Source: Candidatus Dormiibacterota bacterium (GTDB taxonomy: Bacteria; Chloroflexota; Dormibacteria; Aeolococcales; Aeolococcaceae). From it: 64,000 nucleotides of DNA. A model generated the notes under the pieces. It searched no databases. It was given only the letters and a program-made list of their open reading frames with translations, and was not told the origin of the DNA. The stretch spans positions 540 through 64,539 of the forward strand of contig DASYKI010000003.1 in NCBI GenBank assembly GCA_035995545.1. The letters are read 5' to 3'. Positions 48,142 to 56,525 of this stretch are shown in pieces (the first letter of the stretch is position 1; every line of letters starts with the position of its first letter). Position numbers and translations under genes: made by a program.

Positions 48142-48795
48142 ATGCATGGCAACAACATGCGCATCGCCGCGACCGCAGCCCTGACTGCGGCGCTGACCGC
48201 CTGCGGCGGCGGCGGCGTCGGCCTGCAGTCGGCCCTGCTCGGCCTGCCCACCGAGGCCCCGCACGCGCCGCTGGCCACGACGACGACCTACACCAGCCCC
48301 GACGGCGGCATCTACCGCAACTCTCTCCACCTCGACGTCCTGCTCGTCGGCCGCCACGACGGCCACGCCCTCGCCCAGCAGCTCGGCGCCTCCTGGAACG
48401 ACCTCGACGCCCTCGGCGACGCCACCGTGGTGGCCTTCCGCCTGCACAACACGGGCAAGGCCTTCAGCGACCCCGAGGTGCGCGACCTGCAGATCGCCAG
48501 CGACTTCGCCCCCAAGCAGGCGGAGGCGGGTCCGCTGCGCCACTACTACCACCCCACCTACGCGCTCGCGGCCGTCTCCACCTCCAAGCTCGACTCGAGC
48601 TGCCGCCCCCACCTCGACCCGGGGCAGTCGATCGTCGTCGTCCTCGTCTACCCGCCGGTGCAGGTGCCGGCCGGCGGCATCGTCTGGGGCCGCTACCAGG
48701 AGTTCGCCCTGCGCCTGCCGTCCGGTGGCGCCACGGCGCTCGGCGACGCACACCTCTATGCCGCCCTCTGCCCGAGCGTGCGGCAGCAGCCGTGA
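48142..48795 (+). CDS. lipoprotein of unknown function
   Basis: Lipobox is AALTAC. I see no other motif. Confidence 0.5.
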   Translation: MHGNNMRIAATAALTAALTACGGGGVGLQSALLGLPTEAPHAPLATTTTYTSPDGGIYRNSLHLDVLLVGRHDGHALAQQLGASWNDLDALGDATVVAFRLHNTGKAFSDPEVRDLQIASDFAPKQAEAGPLRHYYHPTYALAAVSTSKLDSSCRPHLDPGQSIVVVLVYPPVQVPAGGIVWGRYQEFALRLPSGGATALGDAHLYAALCPSVRQQP

Positions 48796-49358
48796 CCACC
48801 GCCGCCTGGGCCATCCACCTGCCCACCGCCGACCAGACCTGCATCCGGGTGAGCCTGCGCCCGCGTGACCTGCGCGACCCCTGGCCGTTCACCCTCGCTC
48901 TCAGCGAGCTGCAGGGCCTCGGCGCGGTGGGGGAGGGCAGGTTCCGCGCCCTGGGGTCGGGCCACGGCGAGCCGCTGCTCGCCTCGCAGGAGCTCACCTG
49001 GCGGGGGTGCCCGGTGCACCTGGAGACGCTGCGCGGCCGCGACGGCAGCCGCGAGGCGGCCCTGGCGCTGCCCAGCTGGGACGAGCTCTGCGACCAGAGC
49101 GACGCCGTCGAGGACGACTTCTGGGACTTGGTCGACGCCTTCGCCGCCGCGGTCGGCGCAGGACACGGCGCCATCGTCGACGGTGAGCCGCTCGCCCCGG
49201 TCCCGCCGCCCGCGGAGACCCCGGCCGCCTGGCAGCGCCTGCTCGACCGCCACCTCGCCCTGCTCGTCCCCGAGCCCATCGCGGCAGCGCTCAGCGGCTG
49301 CCACGCCGTGCAGTACCGCGACCTTCCCCGCAGCGGGCTCGCCGTCCTCCTGCGCTGA
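48792..49358 (+). CDS. hypothetical protein (188 aa)
   Basis: The start overlaps the previous stop. No motif was recognised. Confidence 0.4.
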   Translation: MTTAAWAIHLPTADQTCIRVSLRPRDLRDPWPFTLALSELQGLGAVGEGRFRALGSGHGEPLLASQELTWRGCPVHLETLRGRDGSREAALALPSWDELCDQSDAVEDDFWDLVDAFAAAVGAGHGAIVDGEPLAPVPPPAETPAAWQRLLDRHLALLVPEPIAAALSGCHAVQYRDLPRSGLAVLLR

Positions 49359-49427
49359 ACAGCCCGGCGCTCGTGCCAATCAGCCTGGCAACAATCGTTA
49401 TAGTCCCGCTATCGCATACTCTTCGCC

Positions 49428-50882
49428 ATGGGAGAGGCGCGGCAAACGCCGCAGGTCACCACCCGGCGCCGCACGGCCGGCCAGGGCCGGGCTGAGGTCA
49501 GCACCGAGCCGCTCGAGTTCGAGACGACCACCGCCGCCACCGTGCCGGCCGACGAGGCCGCCGCGGAGGAGGCCGAGCAGGAGCGGGGCGACCTGCAGCG
49601 CTCCACCTGGAAGTGGATCCGCGCCGCGGCCGTCGCCCTCACCCTCTTCCTGGGCTGGCAGCTGCTGCTCATCGTCCAGGGGTGGATCGGCGGGCTGCTC
49701 ACCGTGGTGCTCTACGCCGTGTTCGGGACCATCGTGGCCTTCGTCGCCACCCCGCTGATGCGCGCCCTGGAGCGCTGGCTCCGCTTCCCCCACCTGCCCG
49801 CTGTGCTCACCAGCCTCTTCGCGGTGCTCGCCGTGGTCGTCGGGCTGGTGCTCCTCCTCGCCGGTCCGCTGGCCGCCGAGGTCACCGCGCTGGCCAAGCA
49901 GGCGCCGACACTCATCCGCAACGGGCAGCAGAAGCTCAACGACCTGCAGCAGCTGCTCAACGCCCACGGCATCAGCGTCGGCACCGGCGGCGCCGACTCC
50001 GGGCTCGGCGGCCTGCTCGGCGGCGGCGCCGGGGGCATTGCGGCACACATCGGGCAGATCGTCATCACCGGCGTGGCCGGGGTGATCACGCTGCTGATCG
50101 ACACGATCATCGTGCTGGTCACCGCCTTCTGGCTGCTCCACGACGGCACCTCGCTGCGGCGCGGGTTCGTCGGCATGCTGCCGGGGCGCGTCCGCGACCA
50201 CGCGGACTTCGCCCTCGACGCCACCCGGGTGGTCATCGGCGGCTACGTGCGGGCCCAGCTCTTCCTCGCCCTGGTGATCGGCATGCTGGCCTGGATCGGC
50301 TGCACCATCCTGGGGGTGCCCTACCCGATCGTGGTGGGCGTGGCCGCCGGGGTCTTCGAGCTGGTGCCGCTGCTGGGGCCGTTCCTGGGCGGCGCGGTCG
50401 GGGTGCTGCTGGCGCTGACCAGGGACCCGGTGCTGGCCCTGTGGACCATCGCGCTGTTCGTGGTCATCCACGTCATCGAGGGGTACATCCTGGCGCCGCG
50501 CATCCAGGCCAAGTTCATCCAGCTCCATCCCCTGGTGGCGTTCCTCGCGCTGATCGCGGGCATCGAGGTGAGCGGGCTGCTCGGCGCCCTGTTCGCCATC
50601 CCGGCGACCAGCCTGGGGGCGGTCTTCCTGCGCACCACCATCGGCGACTGGCGGGCCAACCGCCCCGACCTCTTCCAGGCCAACCACCACGACGCCTACC
50701 TGGAGCGACGGCGCCGCAGCATCCTCCGCGAGTTCCGCGTTCTCGAGCACAGTCCCGCCCAGCTGCTCACCCAGCACGGCCCCGTCGCCTGGCTGCGCCG
50801 CGCCCGCGGCCACGAGGTGCCCCAGCCCCGCCTCGACGACGACGAGGACATCGACCCCGGCTCCGCCGGCCCCATCACGTGA
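49428..50882 (+). CDS. AI-2E family transporter (PerM/UPF0118)
   Basis: 484 aa with 8 TM helices. The family-typical central region reads GGYVRAQLFLALVIG ... PYPIVVG ... ELVPLLGPFLG. Confidence 0.8.
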   Translation: MGEARQTPQVTTRRRTAGQGRAEVSTEPLEFETTTAATVPADEAAAEEAEQERGDLQRSTWKWIRAAAVALTLFLGWQLLLIVQGWIGGLLTVVLYAVFGTIVAFVATPLMRALERWLRFPHLPAVLTSLFAVLAVVVGLVLLLAGPLAAEVTALAKQAPTLIRNGQQKLNDLQQLLNAHGISVGTGGADSGLGGLLGGGAGGIAAHIGQIVITGVAGVITLLIDTIIVLVTAFWLLHDGTSLRRGFVGMLPGRVRDHADFALDATRVVIGGYVRAQLFLALVIGMLAWIGCTILGVPYPIVVGVAAGVFELVPLLGPFLGGAVGVLLALTRDPVLALWTIALFVVIHVIEGYILAPRIQAKFIQLHPLVAFLALIAGIEVSGLLGALFAIPATSLGAVFLRTTIGDWRANRPDLFQANHHDAYLERRRRSILREFRVLEHSPAQLLTQHGPVAWLRRARGHEVPQPRLDDDEDIDPGSAGPIT

Positions 50883-51000
50883 AACAACCTGAACGACTTG
50901 ATGACAACGGAGGTGTCAGTTGTTCGCTATAATCGCGTCGCATCATCCCCCCGCGGTGCGGCGCACTATGCGCCAGGTCCACGCTCAGGTAGGGAGACCA

Positions 51001-51204
51001 ATGAGGAAGTACAAGCCAGTCGAGCTACCCCTCCGTCCCGTGCCCACCGATTTCGTCGAGCAGCGCGGAACATGTCCGAACTGCCTGAACCGTGAAGGCG
51101 TGGTCATCGGGCGGCTCGGACTGCGTCTGGTCTTCCGCTGCGAGCGCTGCAAGGTCCGCTTCCACCGCCACGCCCAGCCCACCCCGATGGCGCGCCTGGT
51201 CTGA
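51001..51204 (+). CDS. small zinc-ribbon protein (67 aa)
   Basis: A GGGAGA RBS lies 5 nt before the ATG. The cysteine pairs are CPNC ... CERC. A TATAAT hexamer sits at about 50923. Confidence 0.5.
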   Translation: MRKYKPVELPLRPVPTDFVEQRGTCPNCLNREGVVIGRLGLRLVFRCERCKVRFHRHAQPTPMARLV

Positions 51205-51247
51205 TCCCGGCGCCCGCCGTCGCGGGTGACCCGTAGACTCGGGGGCC

Positions 51248-51955
51248 GTGCTCATCGATCCTGCCGTCCCCTCGAGTGTCCTGGTGGTCATGGCCCACCC
51301 CGACGACGCCGAGTTCTCGGCCGGCGGCACCATCGCCCGGTGGACGTCGGCCGGGGCCAAGGTGACGTACTGCATCTGCACCAACGGCGACAAGGGCACC
51401 TCCGACCCCACCATGGACCCGGTCGAGGTCGCCCGCGTCCGCGAGCGCGAGCAGCGCGCCGCCGCCGCGGTGCTCGGGGTGCACGACATCGTCTTCCTCG
51501 GCCACCCCGACGGCACCCTGCAGCCCACGCTGGAGCTGCGCCGCGACGTGGTCCGGGTCATCCGCGAGGTGCGCCCCGCCGCGCTGATCTGCCCCGACCC
51601 GACGCGCCGCTACGGCCCCGGCTTCATCAACCACCCCGACCACCGCGCAGTCGGCGAGGTCGCCCTCGACGCCGTGTACCCCTCGGCGCGCGACCCGCTG
51701 GTCTTCCCCGAGCTCGCCGCCGCCGGCTACGCGCCGCACAAGGTGCTGGAGATCTACATCGCCAACCCCGGCGAGCCCAGCTGCGGCATCGACATCGGTC
51801 CCACGCTGGAGACCAAGATCGCCGCGCTGATCGAACACCGCAGCCAGGTCACCGAGGAGCGGCTGCGCGAGTTCCTGCCCAAGCGGGCGGCCGACATCGG
51901 TGAGCGCTTCGGTCTCGCCTACGCCGAGGGCTTCACCCGCATCGAGCTCACGTGA
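51248..51955 (+). CDS. PIG-L/LmbE-family N-acetylglucosaminyl deacetylase
   Basis: Motif AHPDDAE is present, plus HPDH. Confidence 0.8.
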   Translation: MLIDPAVPSSVLVVMAHPDDAEFSAGGTIARWTSAGAKVTYCICTNGDKGTSDPTMDPVEVARVREREQRAAAAVLGVHDIVFLGHPDGTLQPTLELRRDVVRVIREVRPAALICPDPTRRYGPGFINHPDHRAVGEVALDAVYPSARDPLVFPELAAAGYAPHKVLEIYIANPGEPSCGIDIGPTLETKIAALIEHRSQVTEERLREFLPKRAADIGERFGLAYAEGFTRIELT

Positions 51956-52947
51956 GCGCGCCCGCCCTGCTCGCCGAGGTGTGGCGGGGCGACGTGTGCG
52001 AGGCGGTGGTGCGGGGCCACGTCGCCGTCGCCGACGCCGACAACCGCGTGCTCGCCTCGGCCGGCGATCCCGACGTGCGGACACCGCTGCGCAGCACCGT
52101 CAAGCCGTTGCAGGCGCTGCCGTTCGTGGCCGGTGGGGCCGCCGCCGCCATGGGCGCGTCGACGGAGGAGATCGCGGTCGCCTGCGCGTCGCACGACGGT
52201 GAACCCCGCCACGTCGAGGTGGTGCGCAGCCTGCTCTCGCATGCGGGTCTCGACGACTCGGCGCTGAGCTGCGGGCCGCAGTGGCCGTACAGCGAGAGCG
52301 CGTCGCGCGCCCTCGCCGGCGCCGGAGAAACTGCCGGACGTGTCCACAACAACTGCTCCGGCAAGCACGCGGCCATGCTCTGCGCCTGCGTCCACAACGG
52401 CTGGCCCGTGCGGGACTACGCGGCCTACGACCATCCCCTGCAGCGCGACATCCGCCGCCGCATGTCCGACTTCGCCGGCATCCGGCTGGCCGACACGCCC
52501 TACGGCATCGACGGCTGCGGCCTGCCCACCCACGGCGTGCCGCTGCGCTACCTGGCCGGCATGTTCGCCGCCGCGGCCACGTCGGGCGGCGACTTCGCGC
52601 GCTGCCAGGACGCCATGGCCGACGAGCCGTTCATGGTCGGCGGCACGGGACGCTTCGACACGCTGCTGCTCGACTGGGCAGGCGCGTCGCTGACGGCGAA
52701 GAGCGGCGGCGCCGCGGTGTGGTGCTGCGTCTCGCGCGGCGGCGCGCTCGCGGTCGCGATCAAGCTGGAGGCGGGGCTGAGCACCTCGATGGCGCCGGTG
52801 GCGCTCTCGGTGCTGCAATCGCTGTCGCTGCTGCCCGCCGGTGCCATGCCGGACGCGCTGGCCGCGCTGCAACTCGGGCTGGTGCACAACTGGGCCGGTG
52901 CCGTCGTCGGCGACACCCGCGTCTGTGTGGCGCTGGAGCGCGCGTGA
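51952..52947 (+). CDS. L-asparaginase II family protein (Asparaginase_II, PF06089-like)
   Basis: The hallmark motif reads NNCSGKHAAML. Confidence 0.75.
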   Translation: MSAPALLAEVWRGDVCEAVVRGHVAVADADNRVLASAGDPDVRTPLRSTVKPLQALPFVAGGAAAAMGASTEEIAVACASHDGEPRHVEVVRSLLSHAGLDDSALSCGPQWPYSESASRALAGAGETAGRVHNNCSGKHAAMLCACVHNGWPVRDYAAYDHPLQRDIRRRMSDFAGIRLADTPYGIDGCGLPTHGVPLRYLAGMFAAAATSGGDFARCQDAMADEPFMVGGTGRFDTLLLDWAGASLTAKSGGAAVWCCVSRGGALAVAIKLEAGLSTSMAPVALSVLQSLSLLPAGAMPDALAALQLGLVHNWAGAVVGDTRVCVALERA

Positions 52948-53360
52948 GGCACGGCCGCCTGCTCGGCGGCACCGCCCTGCTGCTCGCCGGGTGCGGTGGT
53001 GCCGCGGCGGGTCCAACCCCAGCCCCGACGGTCATCATGGGCACGCCCACGGTCGTCGCGGTGGCGCTGCAGGTGACGCTGCACGGCGAGCCGGTGCGCA
53101 GCTTCGGCGGTGGACGCTGGCGCGTCTGCGACTCGGGCACGGTGGCCAACCCCTCGACGCTGCCCGCCCATGACGTGCGCGTCGTCGTCGTGTACATGAA
53201 CCACGGCGCCGTCGACGGCCAGACGACGCGCGACGACGCCACCGGCAACGGCGGCGCGTTGGGCGACATCGCCGCCGGCCGGTCGCACGACTTCACCGTC
53301 TGCGGCTACGCGCGCAACGAGCCGGACAGGGACGTGGTGTCGGCGGCACCCGCCCCGTGA
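52945..53360 (+). CDS. lipoprotein of unknown function
   Basis: The GTG overlaps the previous stop. Lipobox is LLLAGC. Confidence 0.45.
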
Positions 53361-54019
53361 ACGACGGCGCCCCGCACGATTCCCGCGACGTGAGCCCTGC
53401 CGGCATCACGGCCGTGATCCTCGTCGGCGGCCGCAGCCGGCGCATGCGTGGCGACAAGGCGCTGCTCGTCGTCGACGGCCGGACGCTGACTGAGCGCGTG
53501 CTCGAGTCACTGCGCCCGTTCGCGAGCACGTCGCTGCTGGCCGGGCGCGCCCTGCCGGGCATCGACGTTCCCGCCATCGCCGACCAGTACGGCGACGCCG
53601 GGCCCCTCGGCGGCATCGCCTCAGCCCTCGCCGCCGTGCGCACCCCGGTCGCCCTCGTCGCCGCCTGCGACATGCCCTCGATCGCGCCGCCGCTGGTCGA
53701 GCTGCTGCTGGCGGGCGCCGCCGCCCACCCGGACGCCGCCGCCGTGATGTGCCGCGGCGACCGCGGCCTGGAACCGCTGCTCAGTGTGTGGCGCCCGCAC
53801 CTCGCCCTCCCCACGCTGCAGGCAGCCCTCACGTCCGGCGAGCGCGCCATCCACCTCGCCGTGCGACAGCTTGCCTCCGCCGTCATCCTCCCGCCGAGCC
53901 AGTGGCAGCATGCCGACCCCACCGCCCGATCGTTCGTCAACTGGAACGCCCCGGAGGACCTGCCCGCCCCCGGGCGCACCCCCCGCCCCGAGGCGCACAA
54001 TTCCCGCCCATGGCCGTGA
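53357..54019 (+). CDS. mobA: molybdenum cofactor guanylyltransferase MobA-like
   Basis: The N-terminal motif reads AVILVGGRSRRMRGDKAL. Confidence 0.75.
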   Translation: MNDGAPHDSRDVSPAGITAVILVGGRSRRMRGDKALLVVDGRTLTERVLESLRPFASTSLLAGRALPGIDVPAIADQYGDAGPLGGIASALAAVRTPVALVAACDMPSIAPPLVELLLAGAAAHPDAAAVMCRGDRGLEPLLSVWRPHLALPTLQAALTSGERAIHLAVRQLASAVILPPSQWQHADPTARSFVNWNAPEDLPAPGRTPRPEAHNSRPWP

Positions 54020-55065
54020 GCGTGCTGCCCCGCCTGGGGCTGGTCCTGCCCTACACCGACACGGCGCCGCGCGAGGAGCTCGTCGAGTTCGTCCAGGCCG
54101 CCGACCGCCTCGGCTACGAGTCGGTCTGGGTGCCCGAGGCGTACGGGTACGACAGCATCACGCTGCTGACCCTGCTCGCCGTCAACACGCAGCGCATCCA
54201 GCTCGGCACCGGCATCGTCAACGTCTTCAGCCGCACTCCGGCGCTGATCGGCCAGACCATCGCCGCGCTGGACGACATCAGCGGCGGCCGCGCCATCCTG
54301 GGCCTGGGCACCAGCGGCCCGCAGGTGATCGAGGGCTGGCACGGCGTCCCCTTCGAGAAGGGCGTGCAGCGCACCCGCGAGGTGGTCGAGATCGTCCGCC
54401 AGGTGCTGCGCCGCGAGCGCGTCGTCCACGAGGGCCAGGTCTTCCAGCTCCGCGGTGGCCTCAAGCTGATCACCCACCCCAAGCGGCCGAGCGTGCCGAT
54501 CACCCTGGCCACCCTGACCGACGCCGGCGTCGCCCTCACCGCCGAGGTGGCCGACCGCTGGATGCCCACCCTGTACGACCCGGCCAAGGCGCCCGCGGTC
54601 TTCGGCGAGGCGCTGGCCAAGGGCAGGGCCAAGCGCGACCCCGCCCTGCCGCCGCTGCAGACCTGCCCGACCACCGCGCTCGCCCTCGGCGACCCGGAGC
54701 TGGTCCGCCCCCTGCTCAAGCCCTACCTCGGCCTCTACATCGGCGGCATGGGCTCGCGCCAGCGCAACTTCTACAACGCCCTGGTCTCGCGCTACGGCTA
54801 CGCCGAGGAGGCGCGCCGCATCCAGGACCTCTACCTCGCCGGCGACAAGCAGCAGGCCATCGCCCTGGTGCCCGACGAGCTGGTCGACGCCGTCAGCGTG
54901 GTCGGCGACGAGCAGGCCTGCCGGGTGCGCCTGGCCACCCTGCTCCGCCAGGGCGTCGACGTGCCCCTGCTCAGCATCGGCAACCCCGACGCCGCCGGCC
55001 GCCTGGCCGCCCTCGAGGCGGTGGCTCCGGCCCGCGTCGCCGAGGCGGCTGCGGCTCTTCCGTAA
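54012..55065 (+). CDS. LLM-class (luciferase-like) flavin/F420-dependent oxidoreductase
   Basis: The TIM-barrel LLM features are GYESVWVPE ... ILGLGTSGPQVIEGWHG. Confidence 0.8.
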
Positions 55066-55173
55066 CGCGCCGCGTCAGAGCCCCCGAGCCCAGCGGACGC
55101 AGTTCTCAAGCTCGAATGACCCACCGACAGGCCCATCTAACAGGACAGTCAGGGTGTCCACATGGTGCGTTCG

Positions 55174-55202
55174 TTGACACCTATGTCGCGGCGCGTTATA
55201 GT
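55174..55202 (+). promoter_or_regulatory. sigma-70-like promoter (TTGACA, 17-nt spacer, TATAGT) upstream of the SCP2 / dehydratase / acyl-CoA dehydrogenase cluster
   Basis: Read directly from the sequence. Confidence 0.5.
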
Positions 55203-55212
55203 GCGTCGAGAG

Positions 55213-55228
55213 TTGACGTCGGTGTCAA
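55213..55228 (+). promoter_or_regulatory. palindromic operator candidate TTGACGTCGGTGTCAA overlapping the predicted transcription start
   Basis: Inverted repeat TTGAC / GTCAA with a 6-nt spacer, immediately downstream of the -10. Confidence 0.4.
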
Positions 55229-55325
55229 TCTGCGCCCCATGCGCACCGGTTGGCGACGTCCGCCGGGCCAGGCTCATCCCGGCCCACTCAGCACCTCAGG
55301 CGTCTACCGAGGTATGGAGGGACAC

Positions 55326-55649
55326 ATGGCTACACCCGCAGACCAGATCGCCCAGATGGAGACCAACCTGCGCGCCCACCCCGACCGGGTGGCGGGCATG
55401 AACGGGGTCTTCCAGTTCGACCTCAGCGGTGAGAACGGGGGCGTCTGGCACGTCACCCTGGCCAACGGCGAGGGCAGCGTCGCCGAGGGCGCGGCCGAGA
55501 ATCCCGGCGTCGTCATCTCGATGGCCGCCGAGGACTTCGTGGCCATGACTGAGGGCAAGCTCGACGGCACCATGGCCTTCATGAGCGGCAAGCTCAAGGT
55601 CAAGGGTGACATGGGGCTGGCCATGAAGCTGCAGACGCTGCTTCGCTAG
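55326..55649 (+). CDS. SCP2 sterol-carrier-like lipid-binding protein
   Basis: A GGAGGG RBS precedes the ATG. The SCP2 pattern reads VFQFDLSG ... AMTEGKLDGTMAFMSGKLKVKGDMGLAMKL. Confidence 0.8.
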   Translation: MATPADQIAQMETNLRAHPDRVAGMNGVFQFDLSGENGGVWHVTLANGEGSVAEGAAENPGVVISMAAEDFVAMTEGKLDGTMAFMSGKLKVKGDMGLAMKLQTLLR

Positions 55650-55667
55650 GAGCCGAGCTGACACGCC

Positions 55668-56075
55668 ATGCCTGACAGCAGCCACGTCGGCCGCCGCTAC
55701 AGCGCGCCGGGAATGGAGATCGACGGCGAGCGCGCCGCCCGCTTCGCCACGGCGATCGCGGGCAGCGACCCGGTCAGCGAGCCGGGGGCCATCCCACCCA
55801 CCTACGCCGCGGTCTACCTGATGTTCCCGGCCCTGGGCCAGGTCTTCGGCGACGCCGAGGTCGGCATCAACCTCGCCGGGCTCATCCACGGCGAGCAGAG
55901 CTTCACCTTCCACGCGCCGGTGGCGGCCGGCGACGTCGTCGACAGCGAGGCGACCATCTCCTCGGTCGACGTCAAGCGCGGCATGACCTTCGTCGGCGTC
56001 GACATGGAGTCGACGCGCCAGGGCGACGGCACGCCGGTGTGCAGCGGCCACGCGCTGCTGATCATCCGCGGCTGA
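55668..56075 (+). CDS. hotdog-fold MaoC-N-like dehydratase subunit (HadA-like)
   Basis: 135 aa. It pairs with the following MaoC dehydratase gene. Confidence 0.65.
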   Translation: MPDSSHVGRRYSAPGMEIDGERAARFATAIAGSDPVSEPGAIPPTYAAVYLMFPALGQVFGDAEVGINLAGLIHGEQSFTFHAPVAAGDVVDSEATISSVDVKRGMTFVGVDMESTRQGDGTPVCSGHALLIIRG

Positions 56076-56089
56076 GGACTCAGAAAGCG

Positions 56090-56506
56090 ATGACTCTGTC
56101 CAAAACTCAGGTCCGGGTCGGCGACCAGATGGCGACGCTGTCGCGCACCGTCACCCAGGAGCAGATCGGCGCCTACGCCGAGAGCTCCGGCGACCTCAAC
56201 CCCATCCACACCAACGAGGAGTTCGCCCGCATGGTCGGGCTGCCGGGCACCATCGCCCACGGCATGCTCAACCTCGGCATCCTCACCGACGCGGTGGCGC
56301 GCTGGGCGGGCGGCGGCGATCGCGTCCACTCCATCTCCTGTCGCTTCAGCAAGCCGCTGCTGCCGGGCGACACCATCACGTGCCGCGGCACGGTTGTCGC
56401 CGTCGACGAGGAGCGTGGCATCGCCACCCTCGACGTCGGTGCGTCGTCGGACCGGGGCGACAATGTGCTCACCAACGGCAGGGCCGAGATCCGGCTCGCC
56501 GACTAG
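56090..56506 (+). CDS. MaoC-like (R)-specific enoyl-CoA hydratase / hydroxyacyl-ACP dehydratase subunit (HadB-like)
   Basis: Motif DLNPIHTNEEFA is present. Confidence 0.8.
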   Translation: MTLSKTQVRVGDQMATLSRTVTQEQIGAYAESSGDLNPIHTNEEFARMVGLPGTIAHGMLNLGILTDAVARWAGGGDRVHSISCRFSKPLLPGDTITCRGTVVAVDEERGIATLDVGASSDRGDNVLTNGRAEIRLAD

Positions 56507-56525
56507 AGGTTTCCAGACAACCGAC

